DNA of 64,000 nt from Malacoraja senta (lineage: Eukaryota), in the NCBI GenBank assembly GCA_038087875.1, contig JAXLNO010000544.1:1-64000 (forward strand). Reading direction: 5' to 3'. A model generated the notes under the pieces. The model was not told where the DNA came from and searched no databases. It was given only the letters and a program-made list of their open reading frames with translations. Positions 24,001 through 35,567 of the stretch are shown one piece after another. The translations under genes and the position numbers were made by a program. Positions within the stretch are counted from its first letter, which is position 1, and every line of letters starts with the position of its first letter.

Positions 24001-27000
24001 GCAGCTGCCGTTGGGGTTTCGAGGCTGCAGTTGCGATTTAGCAGCTGCAGTTGGGGTTTAGCTGCAGGCGTTGGGGTTTACCTGCAGGTGTGGGGTTTAC
24101 CTGCAGGCGTTGGGGTTGAGGGGCTGGCGTTGGGGCTTCGCGGCTGGCGTTGCGTTTAGCGACTGCCGTTGGGGTTCAGCGGCTGCCGTTAGGGTTCAGC
24201 GGCTGGCGTTGGGGTTCAGCGGCTGGCGTTGGAGTCCCGAGGATGGCGTTGTGGTTCAGAGGCTGGCGTTGGGGATCAGAGGCTGGCGTTGGGGTTCCGA
24301 GGCTGGCGTTGGGGTTCCGAGGCTGGCGTTGGGGTTCCGAGGCTGGCGTTTGGGTTCCGAGGCTGGCGTTTGTGTTCCGAGGCTGGCGTTGGGGTTCCGA
24401 GGCTGGCGTTGGGGTTCAGAGGCTGGCGTTGGGGTTCAGAGGCTGGCGTGGGGTTCAGAGGCTGGCGTTGGGGTTCAGAGGCTGGCGCTGGGGTTTCGCG
24501 GCTGCTATTGGGGTTTAGCTGCAGGCGTTCGGGTTGAACGGCTGGCGTTGGGGGTTGAGCGGCTGACGTTGGGGGTTGAGCGGCTGGCATTGGGGGTTAT
24601 CGGCTGGCGTTGGGGTTCAGAGGCTGGCGTTGGGGTTCAGAGGCTGGCGTTGGGGTTTCGAGGCTGGCGTTGGGGGTTTCGAGGCTGGCGTTGGGGTTTC
24701 GAGGCTGCCGGTGGCATTTAGCGGCTGCCGTTGGGGTTTCGAGGCTGCCGTTGCGATTTAGCGGCTGCAGTTGGGGTTTAGCTGCAGGCGTTGGGGTTTA
24801 CCTGCAGGTGTTGGGGTTTACCTGCAGGGGTTGAGGGGCTGGCGTTGTGGCTTCGCGGCTGGCGTTGGCGTTTAGCGACTGCCGTTGGGGTTCAGCGGCT
24901 GCCGTTAGGGTTCAGCGGCTGCCGTTGGGGTTCAGCGGCTGGCGTTGGAGTCCCGAGGATGGCGTTGTGGTTCAGAGGCTGGCGTTGGGGATCAGAGGCT
25001 GGCGTTGGGGTTCCGAGGCTGCGTTTGGGTTCCGAGGCTGGCGTTTGGGTTCCGAGGCTGGCGTTTGGGTTCCGAGGCTGGCGTTGGGGTTCCGAGGCTG
25101 GCGTTGGGGTTCCGAGGCTGGCGTTGGGGTTCAGAGGCTGGCGTTGGGGTTCAGAGGCTGGCGTTGGGGTTCTGAGGCTGGCGTTGGGGTTCTGAGGCTG
25201 GCGTTGGGGTTCAGAGGCTGGCGTTGGGGTTCAGAGGCTGGCGTTGGGGTTTCGCGGCTGCTATTGGGGTTTAGCTGCAGGCGTTCGGGTTGAACGGCTG
25301 GCGTTGGGGGTTGAGCAGCTGACGTTGGGTGTTGAGCGGCTGGCGTTGGGAGTTATCGGCTGGCGTTGGGGTTCCGAGGCTGCCGTTGGAATTTAGCGGC
25401 TGCCGTTGGGGTTTCGAGGCTGCCGTTGCGATTTAGCGGCTGCAGTTGGGGTTTAGCTGCAGGCGTTGGGGTTTACCTGCAGGTGTTGGGGATTACCTGC
25501 AGGCGTTGGGGTTGAGGGGCTGGCGTTGTGGCTTCGCGGCTGGCGTTGGCGTTTAGCGACTGCCGTTGGGGTTCAGCGGCTGCCGTTAGGGTTCAGCAGC
25601 TGGCGTTGGGGTTCAGCGGCTGGCGTTGGAGTCCCGAGGATGGCGTTGTGGTTCAGAGGCTGGCGTTGGGGATCAGAGGCTGGCGTTGGGGTTCCGAGGC
25701 TGGCGTTTGGGTTCCGAGGCTGGCGTTGGGGTTCCGAGGCTGGTGTTGGGGTTCCGAGGCTGGCGTTGGGGTTCAGAGGCTGGCGTTGGGGTTCAGAGGC
25801 TGGCGTTGGGGTTCAGAGGCTGGCGTTGGGGTCAGAGGCTGGCGTTGGGGTTTCGCGGCTGCTATTGGGGTTTAGCTGCAGGCGTTCGGGTTGAACGGCT
25901 GGCGTTGGGGGTTGAGCGGCTGACGTTGGGGGGTTGAGCGGCTGGCGTTGGGAGTTATCGGCTGGCGTTGGGGTTCCGAGGCTGCCGTTGGAATTTAGCG
26001 GCTGCTGTTGGGGTTTCGAGGCTGCCGTTGCGATTTAGCGGCTGCAGTTGGGGTTTAGCTGCAGGCGTTGGGGTTTACCTGCAGGTGTTGGGGATTACCT
26101 GCAGGCGTTGGGGTTGAGGGGCTGGCGTTGTGGCTTCGCGGCTGGCGTTGGCGTTTAGCGACTGCCGTTGGGGTTCAGCGGCTGCCGTTAGGGTTCAGCG
26201 GCTGGCGTTGGGGTTCAGCGGCTGGCGTTGGAGTCCCGAGGATGGCGTTGTGGTTCAGAGGCTGGCGTTGGGGGATCAGAGGCTGGCGTTGGGGTTCCGA
26301 GGCTGGCGTTTGGGTTCCGAGGCTGGCGTTGGGGTTCCGAGGCTGGTGTTGGGGTTCCGAGGCTGGCGTTGGGGTTCAGAGCTGGCGTTGGGGTTCAGAG
26401 GCTGGCGTTGGGGTTCAGAGGCTGGCGTTGGGGTTCAGAGGCTGGCGTTGGTGTTCAGAGGCTGGCGTTGGGGTTTTGCGGCTGCTATTGGGGTTTAGCT
26501 GCAGGCGTTCGGGTTGAACGGCTGGCGTTGGGGGTTGAGCGGCTGACGTTGGGGGTTGAGCGGCTGGCGTTGGGGGTTATCGGCTGGCGTTGGGGGGGGT
26601 AGCGGCTGGCGTTGGGTGTTAGCGGCTGGGGTTGGGGTTAGCGGCTGGCGTTGGGGGGTTAAGCGGGTGGCGTTGGGGCTTCGCGGCTGGCGTTGGCGTT
26701 TAGCGGCTGCCGTTGGGGTTCAGCGGCTGGCGTTGGGGTTCAGCGGCTGCCGTTGGGGTCCCGAGGCTGACGTTGGGGTTCCGAGGCTGGCGTTGGGGGT
26801 TCAGAGGCTAGAGTTGCGGTTTAGCTGCAGGCGATGGGGTTTACCTGCAGACGTTCAGGTTGAGCGGCTGGCGTTGGGGGTTGAGCGGCTGGCGCTGGGG
26901 GTTGAGCGGCTGGCGTTGGCGTTTAGCGGCTGCCGTTGGGGTTCAGCGGCTGCCGTTGGGGTTCAGCGGCTGGCGTTGGGGTTCAGCGGCTGGCGTTGGG

Positions 27001-29193
27001 GTTCAGCGGCTGGCGTTGGAGTCGCGAGGCTGGCGTTCGGGTTCCGAGGCTGGCGTTGGCGTTCCGAGGCTGGCGTTGGGGTTCAGAGGCTAGAGTTGCG
27101 GTTTAGCTGCAGGCGATGGGGTTTACCTGCAGACGTTCGGGTTGAGCGGCTGGCGTTGGGGTTCAGCGGCTGGCGTTGGAGTTCCGAGGATGGCGTTGTG
27201 GTTCAGAGGCTGGCGTTGGGTTCCGAGGCTGGCGTTTGGGTTCCGAGGCTGGCGTTGGGGTTCCGAGGCTGGCGTTGGGGTTCAGAGGCTGGCGTTGGGG
27301 TTCAGAGGCTGGCGTTGGGGTTCAGAGGCTGGCGTTGGGGTTCAGAGGCTGGCGTTGGGGTTTCGCGGCTGCTATTGGGGTTTAGCTGCAGGCGTTCGGG
27401 TTGAACGGCTGGCGTTGGGGGTTGAGCGCTGACGTTGGGGGTTGAGCGGCTGGCGTTGGGAGTTATCGGCTGGCGTTGGGGTTCAGAGGCTGGCGTTGGG
27501 GTTTTGAGGCTGGCGTTGGGGTTTCGAGGCTGCCGTTGGCATTTAGCGGCTGCCGTTGGGGTTTCGAGGCTGCCGTTGCGATTTAGCGGCTGCAGTTGGG
27601 GTTTAGCTGCAGGCGTTGGGGTTTACCTGCAGGTGTTGGGGATTACCTGCAGGCGTTGGGGTTGAGGGGCTGGCGTTGGGGCTTCGCGGCTGGCGTTGTG
27701 GTTTAGCGACTGCCGTTGGGGTTCAGCGGCTGCCGTTAGGGTTCAGCGGCTGGCGTTGGGGTTCAGCGGCTGGCGTTGGAGTCCCGAGGATGGCGTTGTG
27801 GTTCAGAGGCTGGCGTTGGGGATCAGAGGCTGGCGTTGGGGTTCCGAGGCTGGCGTTTGGGTTCCGAGGCTGGCGTTTGGGTTCCGAGGCTGGCGTTGGG
27901 GTTCCGAGGCTGGCGTTGGGGTTCCGAGGCTGGCGTTGGGGTTCCGAGGCTGGCGCTGGGGTTCAGAGGCTGGCGTTGGGGTTCAGAGGCTGGCGTTGGG
28001 GTTCAGAGGCTGGCGTTGGTGTTCAGAGGCTGGCGTTGGGGTTTTGCGGCTGCTATTGGGGTTTAGCTGCAGGCGTTCGGGTTGAACGGCTGGCGTTGGG
28101 GGTTGAGCGGCTGACGTTGGGGGTTGAGCGGCTGGCGTTGGGGGTTATCGGCTGGCGTTGGGGGGGGGGTAGCGGCTGGCGTTGGGTGTTAGCGGCTGGG
28201 GTTGGGGTTAGTGCCTGGCGTGTGGGGGTTAGCGGGTGGCGTTGGGGCTTCGCGGCTGGCATTGGCGTTTAGCGGCTGCCGTTGGGGTTCAGCGGCTGGC
28301 GTTGGGGTTCAGCGGCTGCCATTGGAGTCCCGAGGCTGACGTTGGGGTTCCGAGGCTGGCGTTCGGGATCAGAGGCTGGCGTTGGCGTTCCGAGGCTGGC
28401 GTTGGGGTTCAGAGGCTAGAGTTGCGGTTTAGCTGCAGGCGATGGGGTTTACCTGCAGACGTTCGGGTTGAGCGGCTGGCGTTGGGGATAGCGGCTGGCG
28501 TTGGGGCTTCGCGGCTGGCGTTGGCGTTTAGCGGCTGCCGTTGGGGTTCAGCGGGCTGCCGTTGGGGTTCAGCGGCTGCCGTTGTGGTTCAGCGGCTGCC
28601 GTTGTGGTTCAGCGGCTGGCGTTGGGGTTCAGCGGCTGGCGTTGGGGTTTAGCGGCTGCCGTTGGTGTTTAACGGCTGCCGTTGATGTTTAACGGCCGCT
28701 GTTGGTGTTTAGCGGCTGGCGTTGGTTAGTGGCTGGCTTTGGGGGTTATTGGCTGGCGTTGGGGGTGAGCGGCTGGCGTTGGGGGTTAGCGGCTGGTGTT
28801 GGGGTGCAGCGGCAGGTGTTGAGGTGCAGCGGCCGGCCTTGTTGTTTAGCGGCCGGCGTTGTGGTTTAGCGGCCGGCGTTGAGGTTTAGCGGCCGGTTTT
28901 GTGGTTTAGCGGCTGCCGTTGGGATTTGCGGCTGTCGTTGGGGTTTAGTGACTGGCGTTGAGCTTTCGCGGCTGGCGTTGGGGATCAGCGGCTGGCGTTG
29001 AGGTTTAACGGCTGGCTTTGGGGTTTAGCGGCTGGCGTTGGGGTTTAGCGGCTGGCGTTGGGGTTGAGCGGCTGGCGTTGGGGTTGAGCAGCTGGCGTTG
29101 GGATTTAGCGGCTGCCGTTGCGGTTTAGCGGCTGGCGTTGAGGTTTAGTGGCTGGCGTTGAGGTTCAGCGGCTGGCATTGGGGTTTAGCGGCT
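1..29193. repeat. Satellite array, 20-bp monomer GGCTG(G/C)CGTTGGGGTT(T/C)(C/A)G(A/C), with higher-order repeats; runs off the left edge of the window
   Basis: Continuous tandem 20-mers (columns align in the 60-nt lines). Variant monomers recur at fixed spacings. The array ends abruptly at ...GCGGCT|CGATCAATCTG. Confidence 0.98.
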
Positions 29194-29318
29194 CGATCAA
29201 TCTGTATGCATTCAAACGGTTGTGATGGCATTGGCGTCACCACTTAGGGTACCTTAATTGGTTTGCCTGTTTTACTTTGTTGAAAAATTGTATATTCAGA
29301 GGCCTGCTTCAGTCCTTG

Positions 29319-30180
29319 CAGAGCTGCCAAATGGTACGGATTTTCCGGATTTTATATGGAAATGCGATAAGATGTGCGATTTTGTGTTGTTAAATACAGA
29401 TTTATTTAAAGTCCGTATTTAACAAGGCAAAATCGACCAAAGATAATTGTAACAATGAGTCACCGCTGTACGGGCCGAGGTTCAGCGGGCAGGTGGGAGC
29501 GGCCGGGGTCGGCCCAACTTCCTGTTTCGTTGGCATGCCACTCGCCAATGGAGGGGTGGTGGCCCTGTGGGGTTGACTTGGGATCTTGCTGCTAGGAAAA
29601 TGCAGGAATGGGAAGGGTCATGCTGTACCTCTGGGGATTGTAACAGATTAAATCCATTGGTGTTTTGGGTTTCAAGATCTGGATGAGTGTTTTTGTTGGC
29701 GTTGGTTTGCCGCGGTGCTTGGGGTTGGGGGGCTGGTGTCCCTCTGTCTCGCTCTGTCTCTCCCCCCTCTCTCCCTCGCTCTCTCCCTCTCTCGCTGTGT
29801 CTCTCTGTCTTTCGCTCTCTCCCTCCCTCCCTCTCTCTCGCGCGCTCTCTCTCACGCTCCCTATCCCGTCTCTCTCTCTCTCTCTCTCTTCCTCTCTCAC
29901 TCCCTCTCTCTCACCCTCTTGCCTCGGCATTCCCGGAATTATTTGGCGTTTTACAGGGACGGCTGCATCTGCGGTTCCTTCCTGTTGGGGGGAGCCCTGG
30001 CCCGGGGCGGCTCCTGGTCCGTTCCCTCGCACGTGCCGCCCGGCCGGCTGAGTTTTTTATTTGGCTCTGGAGTTGGTGGACACGGGGGTGTCTTTATTTC
30101 TAAACTCTATTGCATTGTCTGTGAATACAGTGTAAATAAGCACGCTGTTATTGAAATAAAATCTTAAATTCTGACACTTT
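29319..30180. mobile_element. Possible non-autonomous DNA transposon remnant with an internal CT-rich tract (~29740-29920)
   Basis: Starts CAGAGCTGCCAA...GTACGGATTTTCCG, resembling hAT-type termini. No matching right TIR found. Confidence 0.3.
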
Positions 30181-30419
30181 TCCCATAAGGTTATAAGGGG
30201 AATAGCATTTTCTTTTCTGAACAATCTGTTTTAGAAAATAGGTGCAGGAGTAGGCCATTCGGCCCTTCGACGAGAACCGCCATTCAATGTGATGATGGCT
30301 GATCATCCCCAATCAGTACCCAGTTCTGGCTTTCCCCCCCCCCCCCCCATGTCCTTGATTCCCTTATCCCTAAGAGCTAAATCTAACTTTAATATCTATG
30401 GCATTATTTAGGCTTTTAA

Positions 30420-31225
30420 CATGAACCAGACCCACTGATGCAACAGCCAAAAAGACACACAAAAGACTCTACTTCCTGAGGAGTGAGGAAATTTGGCATG
30501 TCTCCAATGACTTTCACAAACATCTACACATACACTATAGTTCAGTTTAGTTTATTGTCACGTGTACCGAGGTACAGTAAAAAACTTTTAACTGCGTGCT
30601 AACCAGTCAGCAGAAAGACAATACATTATTACAACCATTACAGTGTATGGATACATGGTAAGGGAATAACGTTTAGCGCAAGGTTAAGCCAGCAAATTTT
30701 GATCAAAGATAGTCCGAGTCACCAATGAATATAGAAAACATACTAAGGTAGACAAAAAATGCTGGAGAAACTCAGTGGGTGCGGCAGGGTCTATGGAGAG
30801 AAGGAAAGAAGTAGGCGGAGACAGTAGGACGTGGGAGAACTGGGAAGGAGTGAGAAAGCAAGGGCTATCTAAAATTAGTGAAGTCAACATTCATTGCCGT
30901 TGGGGTGCAAACTACTCAAGCGAAATATGAGGTGCTCCTCTAACTTGCGCACATACTGTCGGGTACCATCACATCTTGGTTTGGGAACAACTCTGTCCAA
31001 GATCACAACACATTGCAGAGAGTTGTAGATGCCGCAGTCCATCACACTGACCAGATTTCCCACCATTAACTAATCTACTCTTCACTCTCCGTCAGGAAGG
31101 CAGCCAATGTTATCAAAGACCTTTTCCATCCTGGTTATTCCTTCATCTCCCTGCTCTCGTCAGGCAGGAGATACAGAAGAAAGTGTGCACCACCAGACTC
31201 GGGAATAGCTTCTTTCCCTCTGTTA
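30420..31225 (+). mobile_element. Degraded Rex/Babar-like LINE 3' fragments interrupted by other repeats, including a Penelope piece at ~30748-30950
   Basis: Remnants similar to the DUF1891-type region (QRLYFLR-like at ~30460, SGRRYR-like at ~31160). Confidence 0.5.
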
Positions 31226-31866
31226 TCAGGCATCTGCCCACTCACTCAACCTGTCCAGATCACCCTGCAACCTCCTAACATCCTCTTCACAGTTCACACT
31301 GCCACCCAGCTTTGTGTCATCCACAAACTTGCTAGTGTTGCTCCTAATTCCCTCTTCCAAATCATTAATATATATGTTAATCATTTGCGGCCCCAACACC
31401 GAGCCTTGCGGCACTCCACTCGCCACTGCCTGCCATTCTGAAAAGGACCCGTTCACTCCTACTCTTTGCTTCCTGTCTGCCAACCAATTTTCTATCCACA
31501 TCAACACCCTACCCCCAATACCATGTGCTCTAATTTTAGTCACCAGTCTCCCGTGCGGGATCTTATGAAAGGCTTTCTGAAAGTCTCGATACACTACATC
31601 CACTGGCTCCCCTTCATCCATTTTACTTGTCACAACCTCAAAAAATTCTAGAAGATTAGTCAAGCATGATTTTCCTTTCATAAATCCATGCTGACATGGA
31701 CTAATCCTTTTCCTGCTATCCAAATGCCACATTATTACCTCTTTAATAATTGACTCCAGCATCTTTCCCACCACCGAAGTCAGGCTAACTGGTCTGTAAT
31801 TCCCCATTTTCTCTCTCGCTCCTTTCTTGAAAAGTGGGATAACATTAGCTATCCTCCAATCCACAG
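31226..31866 (-). mobile_element. CR1 LINE reverse transcriptase fragment
   Basis: ORF 31226..32017 reads DWRIANVIPLFKKG, NYRPVSLTS, QHGFMKGKSCLTNLLEFF, GVPQGSVLGP, SKFVDDTKLGG. Confidence 0.92.
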
Positions 31867-31888
31867 GATTTATTTTATTATTATCATG

Positions 31889-32013
31889 GTAGACAAAAGT
31901 GCTGGAGAAACTCAGCGGGTGCGGCAGAAGGGTTTTCGGCCCGAAACGTTGCCTATTTCCTTCGCTCCATAGATGCTGCTGCACCCGCTGAGTTTCTCCA
32001 GCACTTTTGTCTA
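31889..32013. mobile_element. Palindromic Penelope pLTR-derived insert
   Basis: Inverted arms TAGACAAAAGTGCTGGAGAAACTCAGCGGGTGC / GCACCCGCTGAGTTTCTCCAGCACTTTTGTCTA, flanked by direct repeat TATTATCATG. Confidence 0.8.
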
Positions 32014-32049
32014 GCATCTATTATCATGTTCAGTGAACAGGTTTGTTTT

Positions 32050-33570
32050 GCATACTAGCGCCTTCATCAGTCAGAGTATTGAATACAGAGTTGGGAGGTC
32101 ATGTTAGTTGAATAAGACATTGGTGAGGCCACAGTTTGAGTATTGTGTTCAGTTTTGTTCACCATGTTATAGGAAAGATGTTGTCAAGCTTAAAAGGGTG
32201 CAGTGAAGATTTATGAGGATGTGACCAGGATTCGAGGGACTGATCGATTGGAAGAGGTTAAGCAGGCTCGGATTTTAGCCCAGGAGGGTGTGGAGTGATC
32301 TTATAGAGGTGTACAAAATCATGAGAGGAAGAGATAGAGTGAATGACAGTCTTTTACACCCATGGTAGGGGAATGAAGAACTAGAGTGTATAGGTTAATG
32401 GTGAGAGGGAAAAGATTTATTAGGAACCTGAGGGGAATGTTTTCACAGAGTGTGGTAGGTTTATGGATCGTGCTGCCAGAGGAGTAGTTGAGGAAAGTAC
32501 TACGGGAACATTTAAAATACATTTGGACAGATAAATGGATAGGAAAGGTCTAGGGGGATATGGGCTAGGTGCAGGCAGGTGGGCCGAGCTTAGATGGGGT
32601 ATCTGGATCGGGTGAATTGGGGAACCAGTGTAGGATGGATGGGGGGGGCGAGGGGGTGGCAGGAGAATCAATGCGAGGTGGATAGGGTGATCAGCGCAGG
32701 ATGAATAGATGGGGGGGGTAGATGGGGAGGGGAGCACAGGGGATGTCAGTGAGGACTGAATAGAGGCGGGAATGGGGATCAGTGCGGGATGGAGTGGAGG
32801 GGTCCCAGGATAAGGGGGTGTAGCGGGCGTACGAGAGAGAGAGAGAGAGAGAGAGGGAGAATGGGGGCGAGGTGGGGAGGAAGGAAGGTCAGCGCTCCTT
32901 GGACAACATCGCCCTGCTGCCTTGGCCGTTGGGAACTCCTCGCCACCGCCTCCCTCCTCCGCCAGCCAACAGCAAGGTGCGGGGCCAGGCGGTGCAGCTC
33001 AGAGATCCTATAGCTATAAGATCTTTGGTGTAGCTGCTTCAGACGAGTCGGAGCGAATGACGGGCCGCGCACAGCGGCAGCAGCGGCCGCAAACAGCAGC
33101 TCCACCACCTCCTCCTCCTGCCCGCCCTGATAAGGGCCTCTGCTTGTAAATCCGGTAACGGCGCAAAACAAACCCTCCCGCACTCCGAGGCCCCCTCCCT
33201 CCCTCCTCCCGGCCTCCCGGCCTCGGAGTGTGGGAGGATTTGTTTTGAAAGCACGGTTAGCGGATTTACAAGCAGCGGCCCTTATCAGAGCGGGCGGGGG
33301 GCGGGAGGAGGAGAAGATGGAGCTGCTGTTCGCGGCCGCTGCTGCCGCTGTTCGGGGCCCGTCATTCACTCCGACCCTTCCTCACCCCGCACCTAGTATA
33401 TGCGGTATGGAGGAGTTGGGCCGAAGGAACTCTTTGACTCTGAGGCAATTTAAAAGACATTTGGACAGATACATGGACAGAAAAGGTATAGAGGGATATG
33501 GGCCAAACGCGGGCAAATGGGACTAGCTTAGATGGGGCATCTTGGTCAGTGTGGGCAAGTTGGGTTGTGT
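32050..33570 (+). mobile_element. Degraded CR1 3' fragments interrupted by a ~790-bp insert (32611-33401)
   Basis: CR1 C-terminal and 3'UTR motifs (GATCTTATAGAGGTGTACAAAATCATGAGAGG; CTTAGATGGGG...GTTGGGCCGAAGG). Confidence 0.75.
32611..33401 (+). repeat. Internal fragment of the hAT-like element family, near-identical to 39724-40502
   Basis: Direct match from GGTGAATTGGGGAACCAGTG to CACCTAGTATAT. ORFs 32779..33369 and 39892..40470 are largely the same. Confidence 0.92.
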
Positions 33571-33661
33571 TGATAAAGTGATGCAACATTGGAGGGGCTG
33601 TTAGAATCAAGGCTGCATCTGCTGTCAGGATAAGATAGAAGATCCCAAGGTATTGTTTCAA

Positions 33662-34624
33662 TGAAACAAAACTGGGTGGCAGTGTGAGCTGCGAGGATGA
33701 TGCTAGGAGGCTGCAGGGTGACTTGGATAGGTTTGGTGAGTGGGCAGATTCAGTATAATGTGGAGAAATGTGAGGTTATCCACTTTGGTAGCAAGAACAA
33801 GAAGGCACATTATTATGTGAATGGTAGACCAGCATTTTTAAACCAGCATCTGAAGTTCTTTCCTACACATTATCTGAATGGTGTCAGATTAGGAACAGGG
33901 GAGATGCAATGAGACCTGGGTGTCCTTGAACATCAGTCACTAAGCATGCAGGTACAGCAGGCAGTGTAAAAAGCAAATAGCATGTTGGCCTTCATAGCGA
34001 GAGGGTTTGAGTATAGGAGCAAGGAGGTTTACTGCAGTAGAACAGGGCCCGGTGAGATCACACCTGGGTATTGTGTGCAGTTTTGTTCTCCTAATTTGAG
34101 GAGGGACATTATTGCTATTGCGGGAGTGCAGCATAGGTTCACCAGATTAATTCCCGGGATGGCAGAACTGACATACGATGAAAGAAAGAATGGATCGACT
34201 GGGCTTGTATTCACTGGAATTCACTGGAAAAGAGGGGATCTTATAGAATCATATAAAATTCTTAAAGGACTGGACAGGCTAGATGCAGGAAAATTGATCC
34301 TGATGTTGGGGAGTCCAGAACCAGGGGTCACAGTTTAAGAATAAGGGGGAGGCCATTTTGGACAGAGATGAGGAAATACTTTTTCAACCAGCTAGTTGTG
34401 AATCTGTGGAATTCTCTGCCACAGAAGGCAGTTGAGACCAATTCAATGGATGTTTTCAAGAGAGAGTTAGATGTAGCTCTTCGAGCTAATGGAATCAAGG
34501 GATATGGGGAGAAAGCGGGAATGGGGTACTGATTTTAGATAATCAGCCGTGATCATATTGAACAGTGTTGCTGGCTCGAAGGGCCAAATGGCCTACTCCT
34601 GCACCTATTTTCTATGTTTCTATG
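33662..34624 (+). mobile_element. CR1 LINE 3' part with (TTTCTATG)n tail
   Basis: TKLGG, KCEVIHFG, MLAFIARGFEYRSKEV and FTRLIPGM motifs; ends CTATTTTCTATGTTTCTATG. Confidence 0.9.
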
Positions 34625-34750
34625 AAAGGCTGCTGGGGCACTGAGTCCTCTCCAACTACTAAACCCTCAAGCAACGTTACAGTAGATAAGTGAGTGATGC
34701 ATTTCCCACTTTAGCCAAAGGCAAGAGAAACCTCTGAGATGAGTAGTTAC

Positions 34751-34863
34751 CTGACTCTGCCACCAGCAGCGTGTGAGTGCTGTGCTCCATTACCGCTCGA
34801 GCCACACTGATCGCACTTTTAATCCTCCGCAGGTCTCCAACTCCCCCGACGTCCATCGTGTCG
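34751..34863 (-). CDS. AGA: Aspartylglucosaminidase (AGA) exon, equivalent to human exon 3; orphan in this window
   Basis: 113-bp exon with TGCAG acceptor and GTAACT donor. Encodes [37 protein letters not shown], matching recalled human [40 protein letters not shown] is a known neighbour of NEIL3. Confidence 0.9.
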
Positions 34864-35289
34864 CTGCAGATACAACATATATTATGTTTGTAGATGGCAC
34901 TAAGATGGGTCTTATTGTAGATAGCGAAGATGGTTGTCAAAAATTGCAGCAGGATCTTGATCAGATAGTTTGTGTTGCATTTGGGTTTGAGTTTAGTTTA
35001 CTGTCACGTGTACCGAGGTACAGTGAAAAGTTTTTGTTGCGTGCTAACCAGTCAGCGGCAAGACAATACATGATTACAATCGAGAAATTCACAGTGTACA
35101 GATACATGATAAAGGGAATAACGTGAACAACATTTACTGCAAGATACAGCTGAAAAGTCTGATCAAAGAAAGTCCGAGGGTCATCAATGAGGTCGATAGA
35201 AGTTCAGGATTCCTCTCTACTTGTGGTAGGATGGTTTCCTGATAACAGCTGGGAAGAAACTGTCCCTGAATCTGGTTCGGTTTGGTTTG

Positions 35290-35567
35290 CTTTGGTGAGA
35301 AAGCACGGAAACTAGCCCTTCGGCCCACTGATTCCGCGCCGACCAGTGATCATCCCTGTACACCAGAACTATCCTACACACTAGGTACAATTGACAATTT
35401 TATCCAAGCCAATTAACCTACAAACCTGTACGTCTTTGGAGTGTGGCAGGAAACCGGAGCAGCCGGATAAAACCCTCAGTCACTGGAAGAAAGTAGAAAC
35501 TCTGTATAGACAGCACCCTGTCGGGATTGAACCTGTAAGGCAGCAACTCTACCACCATACCGCCCCA
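35290..35567 (-). mobile_element. tRNA-derived V-SINE (HER1/HE1-like)
   Basis: Contains CAATTAACCTACAAACCTGTACGTCTTTGGAGTGTGG...GAAACCGGAG and a reverse B-box GGGATTGAACC. A related partial copy lies at ~55305-55460. Confidence 0.7.

Noticed and set aside
35..28692. Hundreds of ORFs with GWRWGFEAGVGVSRLALGFR or PQRQPRNPNASLETPTPASK repeats
   Set aside because: A stop-poor 20-bp monomer gives the same rotating peptide in all frames. There are no splice signals or frame preference, and 1-bp indels are frequent.
1..29193. CRISPR array or true telomere
   Set aside because: No unique spacers and no cas genes, in a vertebrate context. TTAGGG occurs only sporadically and is not tandem.
29592..30167. 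ORFs over the CT/GA-rich tract
   Set aside because: Low-complexity microsatellite translations.
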